From Stellaceae bacterium (GTDB lineage Bacteria; Pseudomonadota; Alphaproteobacteria; ATCC43930; CGMCC-115725), in NCBI GenBank assembly GCA_035581425.1, contig DATJVP010000081.1, positions 6 to 64,005 of the forward strand: DNA of 64,000 bases, written 5' to 3'. Below the pieces are notes generated by a model. The model made no database searches, had not been told where the DNA came from, and worked only from the letters and a program-made list of their open reading frames with translations. Below are positions 50,199 to 59,825 of the stretch, piece after piece. Each line of letters starts with the position of its first letter. Within the stretch, counting starts at the first letter, position 1. A program made the translations under genes and the position numbers.

Positions 50199-53100
50199 TT
50201 AGGTACGCGAGCGGCTCCGCTGCAACGTGGGCTTGCGCTCGGGGTCGAAGAGCTTGCGGATCGCCGCCGCGATTTCCTCCGGTGCTGTGGGCTTGGCGAG
50301 GAAGAGGTCGACGCCCGCGGCCTTGGCCCCCTCCTCGGTGGCGCCGTCGCTGAAGCCCGTGCAGAGGATGCAGCGCAGTGTGGGGCGGACCGCCTTGAGG
50401 CGCTGCACGAGAGTCAGCCCCTTCATGCCCGGCATCACCTGGTCGCTCACCACCACATCCCAGGCCGCGGGATCGCCGGAGAAGATCTCGAGCGCCTCCT
50501 GCGGATCGTTTATGGCGGCGGTCTCGTAGCCGAGCCGGTCAAGCGCCATGGTGATGACATCGGTCATGACGACCTCATCGTCGACGACGAGGACGCGCTC
50601 ATGGCCCTCGAGCGTTCGCGCGCTCCGCTCGGGGCCTGCGCCTTCCGGGAGCCGATCTGCAAGCGGCAGGTAGACGTGGAAGGTCGAGCCTGCGCTGGGG
50701 CGGCTCGTGACGAGGATCGCGCCCTCATAGGCCATGACGATGCCGTGCACGACCGAGAGGCCGAGGCCGGTGCCGCGCCCGCGGCCCTTGGTGGTGAAGA
50801 AGGGATCGAAAATGCGCTTCAGCACGTCCGAGGCCATTCCGGTGCCGGTGTCGCTGACGCCGATCCGGGCATAGGCGCGGCCGAGCTTGAGCGAGCCGAA
50901 GACGATGCGGCCGGCTTCCGCGTCGGCCGCGCCGCCCGGTGCGGAATTGCCCAGGAGCGCGCGGTCCGCACGTGCGGCCTCGATGCGCTGGAGCTCGACC
51001 GCAATGCGTCCGGGCTCGCCTTGGAGGGCGTCGTTGGCGTTGAGGCAGAGATTGAAGAGTATCTGGCTGATCTGCGCGGCGTTGACCTCGGCGACGAGCC
51101 GCGTCTTCGGGAGTGCGACCTCGAGCCCGGCCGAGGACGGCAGCGACGCCCGCAGGAGCTCGCGCGTCTCCTCCAGGAGATGGGCGAGGTCGGTCGGCTT
51201 GCGCTCGACGGTACTCCGCCGCGAGAAGGCGAGGATCTGCCGCACCAGCTCCTTGCCACGCTCGCTCGCAGCGACGATGCGCTCGGCAAAGCCGAATTCC
51301 GGTGTCTCCTTCGGCAGGTCCTGCAGCAGGAATCCAGCGAAGCCCAGGATCGCGCCGAGGATGTTGTTGAAATCGTGCGCGATGCCGCCCGCGAGCTGGC
51401 CCACCGCCTCCATCTTCTGCGACTCCCGGAGCTGCTCCTCGAGCAGCTGCGACTCCGTCACATCGCGCGAGTTCACGATGATGCCCTCAATGCCGGGCAC
51501 CGTGCTCGCATCGCGCGCCGACCAAGCCAGCGTGCGCCAGGCTCCGTCCTGGTGCCGGACGCGCGAGCGTCCCTCAGCGCGGAGCTCGGGCTTGCCCACC
51601 AGCGAGGCGAAGGAGGTTCTCAGCGTCCCGATATCCTCAGGGTGGACGCGCTCGAAGATCGACTGCCCGACCATCTGGCTGTCGTCGTAGCCCATGACCT
51701 CGCGCGATGAGGGGCTGCGGTAGGTGATGGTCCCATGCCGATCCGCGACCGTCACGATGTCGTTCGAGTGCTCGATGAGCGCGCGGAAGCGCTCCTCGTT
51801 GTGGCGGATCGCCTCCTCCGTGCGCTTGCGCTCGGTCACGTCCTGCACGAGCGCCAGCGAGCTCAGGCAATTGCCGGCCTCGTCGAATCGGAAATGCACG
51901 ATCGAGTGCTCCCAGCCCCAGGACCCGTCGCCGTGCCGCACGCGCACATCGGCCTCGAAGTCCCGGCGCTCGGCGATCGCGGCGGCGCGCCGGGCGAGAT
52001 AGTCCTCAAGATCGTCGGGATGGAGGAAGTCCCTCGCCTCGACGAAGGTGAAAGCTTCCCGCCGGGGCACTTTGCGCAGCTCGAAGAGCGAATCCGACCA
52101 GACGACGCGATCCTTGGCGACGTCGGAGACGATGTAGGCGAGCTTGCCGATCCGCTGCGATTCCAGGAGAAGCCGGCGGCTCTCCTCGAGCGCGATTTCC
52201 GTGCGCTTGCGTCCCGTGATATCGGCGACGATGCCGGCGAAGCCCACGGTCGTCCCCCCGGCGTCGCGGACCGGAAACTTGGTGGTGAGGACGTACTCGA
52301 TCCCTGATTTGGCCTTCTGCACCTGCCTTTCCTGCGTGGCGACGCGACCGGTGCGCATGATCTCGCGGTCGACCGCCTCCCACGTCTCCACCTGCTCCCG
52401 CGGGTAGACCTCGGCCGCGGTGCGACCGATGAGATCCTCGGCGCGATCGCCGAACCACTCGGTATAGGCACGGTTGATGAGCCGGTAGCGCCCCTCGACG
52501 TCCTTAAGGAAGACCGCGAAGGGCGCGTTGTCCATGATCGCCTGGAGCCGCATCTGGGTCTCGCGCAGCGCGCGCTCGGCCCGCTCGCGCGCGGAGATGT
52601 CCGCGATGAAGCCCGCGACCCCGACGATCTCGCCGCGCTCGTCGCGGACCGGAAATTTCGTCTCGCGCAGGTACTCGAGCGTCGATTTGTGTATTACGGG
52701 ACGGCGCTCTTCCTCGACGATCGACCCTGTCTCCATGACCTTGCGGTCGGCGGCCTCCCATTTCGTCGCGGTCGCGGCCGGGTAAAGGTCCCGCGCCGTG
52801 CGGCCGACCACATCTTCCAGCCGCTCCCCGAACCATTCGGTATAGGCGCGGTTGACGAGCTGGTGACGGCCTTCACGATCCTTGAGAAAAATGGCGAAGG
52901 GCGCGTTTTCCATGATCGCTTGCAGGCGAAGCCGCACCTCGCTCAGCGCCAGCTCCGCGCGCTTCCTTGCGGTCACGTCCGCGATGAAGCCCGCCATACC
53001 GACGATTGTTCCGTCCTCGTCCCGGATCGGGAATTTCGTCGCGTGCACGTACTCGATACCGGGTTTGGCTTTGTAGACGGGCCGCTCCTCCTCGGCGATG

Positions 53101-56100
53101 CGGCCGGTCGCCATCAGCTCTCGGTCGCTCGCCTCCCAGCGCGCCGACTGCTCGGCTGGGTAGTGCTCGGTGGCGGTGCGGCCGGCCAGGTCCTCGAGCC
53201 GGTCGCCGAACCAGTCCGTGAAGGTGCTATTGACGAGACGGTAGCGTCGGCCGCGGTCCTTGAGGAAGATCGCGAAGGGCGCATTGTCCATGATCGCGCG
53301 GAGCTCCGCCTCCTTGCGCTTCAATGCCTCGGCGGCGAGCCTAGCCTCCGTCACGTCCTGGATCACGAAGAGAATGCTGACGCAATTGCCCGCGGCGTCG
53401 TAGCGGAGATGGCCGATGCCATGCTCCCAGGCGATGGTCCCGTCGCCGAGCCGGATTCTCGCATCGTATTCGAAATCTCGGCGCGCGCTTACCGCGGCGT
53501 TCCTGATGCGGATATAGGCGGCGCGGTCCTCCGGCAGAATGAAGGCGCGAGCCTCCTCCGCGGTGAAGGAGTCGCGCGGCGGGAGACGTCGCATCTCGAA
53601 GAGCGTATCGGACCAGCGGACGCGGTTCTCGGCCACGTCGGAAATGGCGTAGCCGATCTTCCCGATGCGCTGCGATTCCAGGAGCAGCTCGCGGCTCTCC
53701 CGACGCTCGAGCTCCGCGCGCTTGCGATCCGTGATGTCCATGGCGAAGCCCGCGATGCCCACGATCGCGCCGACGTCGTCGCGCACCGGGAACTTCGTGA
53801 CGAGCGCGTGCTCGATGCCGTATTTGGGGTCGAAATAGCCGGCCGAGATCTCCGCGGTCGAGACCGTGCCCCGCTCGAGCACCTCGCGGTCGCGGGCGGT
53901 CATCTCCTGCGCGACCTCGCTCGGGAAGATCTCGTCGCTGGTGCGGCCGTCGACCCGCCGCCGACCTCCCAGCATCCACTGGCGATAGCAGCGGTTCACG
54001 AGCCGGTAACGCCCCTCGCGATCCTTGAGGAATATCGCGAGCGGCGCGTTGTCCATGATGGCGCGAAGCTCGGCCTCCTTGCGCCGCAGCGCCTCGTCCG
54101 CCTCCTTGCGCTCGGTGATGTCCTGTAGGACGTAGAGCACGCTCTCGAGCGTCCCATCTTGAGCGAAGCGCGGGCGGCCGCGCACGGATTCCCAGGCATA
54201 GGCGCCGCCGGGACGCTGGACCCTGATGTCGACCGCGAAGTCCCGGCGCCCGGCCACTCCGGCATCGCGCTCGGCGAGGAACCGCGCGCCGTCCTCGGGA
54301 TGGATGTGGGGCGTCTTGTCGGTCTCCTCGAGCGTGAAGTAGTCGCGCTTGGGAATGCCGCGCAGCTCGAAAAGCGTGTCCGACCAGTGGACGCGGTTCG
54401 TCCGCCGATCGGAAACGAGATGACCGATCTTGCCAAGGCGCTGCGACTGGATCAGCAGCTCGCGGCTCTCGCGCAATTCCTGCTCCGCCTGCCGCTCCTC
54501 GGAGATGTCGCGCAGCACCACCAGGATGCCCGTGCATTGGCCCGTCGCATCGTAACGGGGATGGCCGATGCTGTGCTCCCAGCAGATCGAGCCGTCGCTG
54601 CGCAGCGCGCGCATATCGAGCTCGAAGTTCCGCCGCTCGGCAATCGCGGCATCGCGCGCCGCTTCGTAGGTCGCGCGGTCGTCGGGGTGCAGGAAAGTGA
54701 TTGCCTCCTCGAAGCTGAAGGACTCCCGCCACGGGACTCCCCTCATCTCGAAGACGGAATCGGACCAGCGCACGCGCTTTGCGACGCGGTCGATGAGGAT
54801 ATGACCGACGCGACCGAGTTTCTGCGCCTCGACCAGCAGCTCCTGGCTCTCGCGCAACGCCGTTTCCGCTCGGTTGCGCTCGGTGATGTCCGCACAGAAC
54901 CCTGCGCTGCCGGCGATCTCGCCGGCCTCGTCGCGGATCGGGAATTGCGTGATCTGAAGATGACCGATCGAGGTCCTGGCCGAAGCCCGCGCACGCTCCT
55001 GCACGACCACGCGTCCGACATGCACCTCGGCATCCGCGCGTGCGTTCATGGCGGCGATCGGCGCCGAATAAAGCTCGGCGCTGGTGCGCCCCTCCATGTC
55101 CTGCTGATTGCGTCCAAACCATTCCGTGTAGCAGCGATTCACCATGCGGTAGCGCCCGCCGCGGTCCTTGAGGAAGATCGCGAAGGGCGCGTTGTCCATG
55201 ATCGCGCGGAGGTCGCGCTCACGCTCCGCTAGCGCTGTCTCCGCTCGCTTCCGCTCGGAAATGTCTATCGTGAAGCCGGCGATGCCTGTGATGGAACCAT
55301 CGGCACCGCGGATCGGGAACTTCGTCACGAGCAGGTACTGGTCCGGCGTCTCCGGCAGGACCGGCTGCCGCTCGGTCTGATAAACGATACCCTCCTCGAG
55401 CACCTTCAGGTCGGCGGCGCGGATCGCACGTCCTTCCTCCGCCGGGAGGAAGTCGGAATCGGCCCGCCCGATCACGTCGGAGACGGCGCCCCTGGTCCAT
55501 TTCTCGAAGCGGCTATTGACGAGGCGATACCGGCTCTCGCGATCCTTGAGGAAAATACCGACGGGGGCGTTGTCGACGATCGCGCGGAGCTGGCTCTCGC
55601 GCTCCGCGAGCGCGCGCTCAACCTCGCGGCGCGCCGTCTCGTCGATCGAGAAATTGAGGATCTCTTCGCCGCCCGTGACGGGGTCCCGGCGCACCACCGA
55701 GGTCGTGGAGGCGTGAACGAGAAGGCCGTCCTTGCGCTTGAGCTGCACCTCGACCGCACCGAGCTTGCGACCCTGGCGCAGCGCGGGCAGCACGCGCTCG
55801 CGCAACTGCACGCTGGATCCGGACGCCAAGAAGTCGTATCGGCTCCTGCCGATGACCTCCTCGCGCCGATAGCCCATGACTTCGAGCCAGCGGTCGGACG
55901 CCGCGACGATCCGCTCCTCGCGATCGATCGCGGTCAGCATCACCGGCGATTCGTTATAGAAGCTGCGGAAGCGCCGCTCGTTCTCGTCGACGGCCCTCGC
56001 GAGCGCCTCGCTGCGCGCGACGTGGCGAATGATCAAGCCGAGGACGACGACCGTGGACACCGATAGGACGACCCAGGCGGGCCCGATCGCCTCGAAGCCG

Positions 56101-56600
56101 ACCTCGAACCGCGCGAGGCCCCAGATCCAAGCGGCTGCCGCCAGCATCGCGAGGACGCTGCCGACCGCCACGATCGCGAGGTCGCGCACGCGCGGGCCTT
56201 CCTCGCCGGCAAGCAGCAGCAGCCTATATGCCGCGCCGACCGCGAAGGAGGCGACAGCGAGGTAGGGGATGCCGAGCGTTGGGTCGTCGTGCAGAAGGAA
56301 GATCGTGGAGACGATCAGAAGGAGCGAGGCCACGCCTCCCGCCGTCACGCCGCAAAAGAGCGTGGCGATCACCAGGGGAACGAAACGCAGGGAGACGGGA
56401 GGCCCGTTCGTGAGCGGCGCGAGGCTGGTGAGATCGCTCAGCAGGCCGAACACGATCCCGTAGACGAGGGATTGCGCCCAGTACGGCATGCGGCCTTCGA
56501 TGCGCCGCCGGAGGGCGCAGTAACCGAGGGTACCGACGGCGAGCAGCGCTGCGTTGTTGAGGAGCTGGAAGGCAACGGAGGGTTGCAATATCCAATTCAT
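50199..56600 (-). CDS. giant hybrid sensor histidine kinase: polytopic N-terminal membrane domain, about 12-13 tandem PAS domains, HisKA, HATPase and C-terminal receiver
   Basis: 2133 aa. H-box QLAGGIAHDFNNIL (His codon 51375-51377), G-boxes (DTGTGM, GTGLGLSVV), and a receiver with VVVSDQVMPGM (Asp codon 50442-50444). PAS units recur about every 380 nt between roughly 51.5 and 56.0 kb. Confidence 0.92.
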   Translation of the reverse strand: MNWILQPSVAFQLLNNAALLAVGTLGYCALRRRIEGRMPYWAQSLVYGIVFGLLSDLTSLAPLTNGPPVSLRFVPLVIATLFCGVTAGGVASLLLIVSTIFLLHDDPTLGIPYLAVASFAVGAAYRLLLLAGEEGPRVRDLAIVAVGSVLAMLAAAAWIWGLARFEVGFEAIGPAWVVLSVSTVVVLGLIIRHVARSEALARAVDENERRFRSFYNESPVMLTAIDREERIVAASDRWLEVMGYRREEVIGRSRYDFLASGSSVQLRERVLPALRQGRKLGAVEVQLKRKDGLLVHASTTSVVRRDPVTGGEEILNFSIDETARREVERALAERESQLRAIVDNAPVGIFLKDRESRYRLVNSRFEKWTRGAVSDVIGRADSDFLPAEEGRAIRAADLKVLEEGIVYQTERQPVLPETPDQYLLVTKFPIRGADGSITGIAGFTIDISERKRAETALAERERDLRAIMDNAPFAIFLKDRGGRYRMVNRCYTEWFGRNQQDMEGRTSAELYSAPIAAMNARADAEVHVGRVVVQERARASARTSIGHLQITQFPIRDEAGEIAGSAGFCADITERNRAETALRESQELLVEAQKLGRVGHILIDRVAKRVRWSDSVFEMRGVPWRESFSFEEAITFLHPDDRATYEAARDAAIAERRNFELDMRALRSDGSICWEHSIGHPRYDATGQCTGILVVLRDISEERQAEQELRESRELLIQSQRLGKIGHLVSDRRTNRVHWSDTLFELRGIPKRDYFTLEETDKTPHIHPEDGARFLAERDAGVAGRRDFAVDIRVQRPGGAYAWESVRGRPRFAQDGTLESVLYVLQDITERKEADEALRRKEAELRAIMDNAPLAIFLKDREGRYRLVNRCYRQWMLGGRRRVDGRTSDEIFPSEVAQEMTARDREVLERGTVSTAEISAGYFDPKYGIEHALVTKFPVRDDVGAIVGIAGFAMDITDRKRAELERRESRELLLESQRIGKIGYAISDVAENRVRWSDTLFEMRRLPPRDSFTAEEARAFILPEDRAAYIRIRNAAVSARRDFEYDARIRLGDGTIAWEHGIGHLRYDAAGNCVSILFVIQDVTEARLAAEALKRKEAELRAIMDNAPFAIFLKDRGRRYRLVNSTFTDWFGDRLEDLAGRTATEHYPAEQSARWEASDRELMATGRIAEEERPVYKAKPGIEYVHATKFPIRDEDGTIVGMAGFIADVTARKRAELALSEVRLRLQAIMENAPFAIFLKDREGRHQLVNRAYTEWFGERLEDVVGRTARDLYPAATATKWEAADRKVMETGSIVEEERRPVIHKSTLEYLRETKFPVRDERGEIVGVAGFIADISARERAERALRETQMRLQAIMDNAPFAVFLKDVEGRYRLINRAYTEWFGDRAEDLIGRTAAEVYPREQVETWEAVDREIMRTGRVATQERQVQKAKSGIEYVLTTKFPVRDAGGTTVGFAGIVADITGRKRTEIALEESRRLLLESQRIGKLAYIVSDVAKDRVVWSDSLFELRKVPRREAFTFVEARDFLHPDDLEDYLARRAAAIAERRDFEADVRVRHGDGSWGWEHSIVHFRFDEAGNCLSSLALVQDVTERKRTEEAIRHNEERFRALIEHSNDIVTVADRHGTITYRSPSSREVMGYDDSQMVGQSIFERVHPEDIGTLRTSFASLVGKPELRAEGRSRVRHQDGAWRTLAWSARDASTVPGIEGIIVNSRDVTESQLLEEQLRESQKMEAVGQLAGGIAHDFNNILGAILGFAGFLLQDLPKETPEFGFAERIVAASERGKELVRQILAFSRRSTVERKPTDLAHLLEETRELLRASLPSSAGLEVALPKTRLVAEVNAAQISQILFNLCLNANDALQGEPGRIAVELQRIEAARADRALLGNSAPGGAADAEAGRIVFGSLKLGRAYARIGVSDTGTGMASDVLKRIFDPFFTTKGRGRGTGLGLSVVHGIVMAYEGAILVTSRPSAGSTFHVYLPLADRLPEGAGPERSARTLEGHERVLVVDDEVVMTDVITMALDRLGYETAAINDPQEALEIFSGDPAAWDVVVSDQVMPGMKGLTLVQRLKAVRPTLRCILCTGFSDGATEEGAKAAGVDLFLAKPTAPEEIAAAIRKLFDPERKPTLQRSRSRT

Positions 56601-56939
56601 CGGCGGCTATCTCCCGGATCGGCCTGTACGTGGCGGCGGCTTCTCTTGACGATGCTGAGCCTTCTGCTCATGCGGACGATCCCTTCATTGACACGACGAT
56701 CCCGGGCGCTGCGCGAGCGCGCGCGGGTGCAAGGCCGGCGAAATGGCTGATCCGCCTTCGATTGCAAAGGTTCTTGCGTGGGCTGAGCCCAGGGGGCGAG
56801 CACCGCGCTGGCTCTCGATGCGCGCGTCGCCGGGGCCGGATTATAGAATGCCGCGCACTTGCCGGAGCGTTAACGCAGCCTAGCACTTAAGGGGAGGGGT
56901 TGAAGCCGGCAATTAGACTTTGTTGGCAGCCCTCGCGTT

Positions 56940-57566
56940 TCAGGCGCGCGCCGTCCGATCGAGGCCAAGGCTCGACGCGGCGTTCGCGGCCTCGACCCGG
57001 TTTCGTACCTTGAGCTTGCGGAAGATATTGCGGACGTGAAGCTTGACCGTGATCTCCTGCAGCTGCAGCGCGCGTCCGATCTCCTTGTTGGATTTGCCCG
57101 TCGCGAGAAGCGCCAGCACTTCGGTTTCGCGCGGCGTCAGCCCCGCCACCGTCGGTAGTTTAGGGGTCGTGTGCCGCGCGTAGTCCGTCGGTACGTAGGT
57201 GCCGCCCGATGCGATGACCTGCAGGGCGGCTGCGATCACCTTGGGCGGCAGGGTCTTGGGCAGGAAGCCGCGCGCCCCCAATTCGACCGCGCGGCGCACC
57301 TCTGCCGCGCTTGCGCCGCCGGAAATGACCGCGAGAGGCGTCTCCGGAAATCGCGCGAGCGTGCGCTCGACACCCTCGAAGCCCTTGGTCCCGGGCATGT
57401 GCAGATCGATGATCGCGAGATCGAAGCGCTTCACGCCCGCGAGCGCGCGGTGCGCCGCGTCGAGATCCGACACCACCGTGAGGGAACTGGAAGGGATGCT
57501 CCGCTGGATCAGGATCTGTAGCGCTTCTGCGAAGAGCGGGTGGTCGTCTGCGAGCAGTATTCGCAT
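56940..57566 (-). CDS. LuxR/FixJ/NarL-family response regulator
   Basis: 208 aa. REC domain (ILLADDH ... LAIIDLHMPG) plus a LuxR HTH (LTPRETEVLALLATGKSNKEIGRALQLQEITVKLHVRNIFRKL). Confidence 0.9.
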   Translation of the reverse strand: MRILLADDHPLFAEALQILIQRSIPSSSLTVVSDLDAAHRALAGVKRFDLAIIDLHMPGTKGFEGVERTLARFPETPLAVISGGASAAEVRRAVELGARGFLPKTLPPKVIAAALQVIASGGTYVPTDYARHTTPKLPTVAGLTPRETEVLALLATGKSNKEIGRALQLQEITVKLHVRNIFRKLKVRNRVEAANAASSLGLDRTARA

Positions 57567-57674
57567 GGCCTTCTGCCGACGGTGCGCGAGCGCACCTGCA
57601 ACAGAATCCTAGCACAGCGTACTCCCTAACCCTTCAACCCCTTAGGGATGTGGGGGCGTGCTGCGCTCCGGTAG

Positions 57675-57923
57675 TCAAATCGCTTTCGTGCAACCCTGGG
57701 GCTTCACCTTGCGCTCGGTTGAGGCCGGGTATTTCGCAAGCTTCGCTGCGGGCCGGATCGGTCGGCGCAGGAGCTCGCCGCCGCAATTGGGACAGCGTCC
57801 CGTCAGCACGCCCTCGGCGCAGCTTCGGCAAAAGGTGCACTCGAAGGAGCAGATCATCGCTTCGGTTGAGGCCGGCGGCAGGTCGCGCCCGCAGCACTCG
57901 CAGCTGGGCCGAAGCTCCAGCAT
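57675..57923 (-). CDS. DUF1272 domain protein (Cys-rich zinc-ribbon-like)
   Basis: 82 aa from the internal ATG 57923. MLELRPSCECCGRDLPPASTEAMICSFECTFCRSCAEGVLTGRCPNCGGELLRRP matches the remembered DUF1272 pattern. It starts 5 nt after the dnaA stop. Confidence 0.75.
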   Translation of the reverse strand: MLELRPSCECCGRDLPPASTEAMICSFECTFCRSCAEGVLTGRCPNCGGELLRRPIRPAAKLAKYPASTERKVKPQGCTKAI

Positions 57924-57927
57924 GGGT

Positions 57928-59331
57928 TCAGGTCTCGAGCTTACGGCGGAGCATCTCGATGTCCTCCGCGAGCAACCGGTCGCTGATGCGCAGCTCGTCG
58001 ATCTTGCGGATCGCGTGCATGACGGTGGTGTGGTCGCGATCCCCGAACTTGCGACCGATCTCCGGCAGCGAACGCGGCGTGAGCTGCTTGCAGAACCACA
58101 TCGCGACCTGGCGCGGCCGTGCAACTGCCCGCGCACGGCGTGCCGAGAACATGTCCGCGAGGCGGATGTTGAAATGCTCGGCCACGCGCTTCTGTATCTC
58201 GTCGATGGTGTAGCGCCGGTCGTTGGCGCGCAACAGGTCGTGGAGCACTTCCTGTGCCATCTCCTGGGAGATGCCGCGCCCGACGAGCTGCGCATGCGCG
58301 GCGAGCCGGTTGAGCGCACCCTCGAGCTCGCGGACGTTCGAGGTGATCTTGTGCGCGAGAAACTCCAGCACCTTCGGGGGGATGTCGCCGCCGATCTTCT
58401 CGGCCTTCGCGGAGAGAATGCCGAGGCGGAGCTCGTAAGTCGTGGGGTGGAGGTCCGCGACGAGCCCCCAGCCCAGGCGCGAGCGCACGCGCTCCTCGAG
58501 TCCTTGCAGGTCCGAGGGCGACTTGTCCGCGGAGATCACTATCTGCCGGTTCTGATCGACGAGGGCATTGAAGGTGTGGAAGAATTCCTCCTGAGTCGAG
58601 TCCTTGCCGCCGATGAACTGCACATCGTCGATCATCAGCGTGTCGACGGAGCGGAACTGGTCCTTGAAGGCGACGGTGTCGCGGTAACGGACCGCGCGCA
58701 CGAAGGTGTACATGAACTTCTCGGCGGACATATAGATCACCTTGCGCCGCGGGCACTGCGTGCGGATGTGCCAGGCGATCGCGTGCATGAGGTGCGTCTT
58801 GCCGAGGCCGACGCCGCCATAGAGGTAGAGCGGGTTGAAGGGCACGGTGTGCGTCTCGCTGACGCAGCATTCCGCAACCCGCCGGGCCGCCGCGTGCGCG
58901 AACTCGTTGGGCTTGCCGACGATGAAGTTGTCGAAGGTGAAGCGCGGGTCGAGCGGAGCGCCGTTCTCGGTGCGCTCCTCCGCGGCCTCGGCGGCGGCGC
59001 CGCTCCGCGCGGCCGCCTGCACGCGCTCGACGAGAGGCTCGGCCTCCGGCTGCTCGCCTGCGCGTCCGTCGACCACGATCTCCACGACGTTGACCTCGCC
59101 GTTCTCGCCCATCCAGAGCGCGCGGATGCTGTCGAGGTAGTTGGAAGCAATCCAATTACGCAGGAAGCTTACGGGCACGCCGAGACGCACGCGGGTGGCG
59201 TCGATCTCCAGCAGGGTAAGCGGCTTCAGCCAGCTTCGATAGACGGCGTCCCCGAACTCATCCCGTAACCGCCCGCGGATACGCGCCCATTGGGCTTGAA
59301 TCTCGGCGCTCAGGGCATTCCTATCCGCCAT
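57928..59331 (-). CDS. dnaA: chromosomal replication initiator protein DnaA
   Basis: 467 aa. AAA+ Walker A GGVGLGKTHLMHA, LMIDDVQF, and the C-terminal DNA-binding signature (RPRQVAMWFCKQLT ... GDRDHTTVMHA). Confidence 0.98.
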   Translation of the reverse strand: MADRNALSAEIQAQWARIRGRLRDEFGDAVYRSWLKPLTLLEIDATRVRLGVPVSFLRNWIASNYLDSIRALWMGENGEVNVVEIVVDGRAGEQPEAEPLVERVQAAARSGAAAEAAEERTENGAPLDPRFTFDNFIVGKPNEFAHAAARRVAECCVSETHTVPFNPLYLYGGVGLGKTHLMHAIAWHIRTQCPRRKVIYMSAEKFMYTFVRAVRYRDTVAFKDQFRSVDTLMIDDVQFIGGKDSTQEEFFHTFNALVDQNRQIVISADKSPSDLQGLEERVRSRLGWGLVADLHPTTYELRLGILSAKAEKIGGDIPPKVLEFLAHKITSNVRELEGALNRLAAHAQLVGRGISQEMAQEVLHDLLRANDRRYTIDEIQKRVAEHFNIRLADMFSARRARAVARPRQVAMWFCKQLTPRSLPEIGRKFGDRDHTTVMHAIRKIDELRISDRLLAEDIEMLRRKLET

Positions 59332-59772
59332 CGCCTAGTGCTCCCCCGAAGCTCAGGCGCGGGCTCGATGTTGCTCGACGGTTGGGCGCACGTGCGTGCG
59401 CCTTCCGTCTTCGCCCATCTCCGCGCTCGACTCTGTAGTCCCAACGCCGTCCGCGCCACCGAGGCGACGCACCTCTCCTGCGTCGGGAACCCCGTTCCCG
59501 GCCCGCTGGACAAAACCTAACGTGCCTAGATGCTCGGTTCCCGCGACTACTTCAGGCGTTGGTTATTCTGATGCCAGTAAACGGTTGTCAGCGCATGCGT
59601 GCCCGGGGCGGTCATATCGTGTCGGAATTTTTCCGCTGCCGCGCTCGCAGACCGAGGACTTTAGCGAAGCATCGTCGCTAAAGGCAAGATCGACGTGAGA
59701 GGATTCGCGAAGGATTTTGCGGAGCGTTGCGTTCGCGCATCGCTCGCGCGCGAATTTTTTTTGCGCGCGCAG

Positions 59773-59801
59773 AAAAAAACCGCGCTCGCAACCGAGCGCG
59801 G
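59773..59801 (-). terminator. rho-independent terminator of rpsT
   Basis: Read directly: 9-bp stem CCGCGCTCG/CGAGCGCGG with a 4-nt loop (59780-59801). It is followed on the minus strand by U7 (the A-run at 59773-59779), 25 nt after the rpsT stop. Confidence 0.8.
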
Positions 59802-59825
59802 CTTCCTCCGAAGATGAGTAACGGC

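Noticed and set aside
59332-59825. Possible chromosomal origin (oriC) next to dnaA.
   Set aside because: I found no DnaA-box-like 9-mers with two or fewer mismatches by eye, no cluster of CtrA boxes, and no extended AT-rich unwinding element beyond two short homopolymer runs. GANTC sites occur at roughly the expected background frequency. This needs a computational scan, so it is kept only as a low-confidence finding about the dnaA leader.
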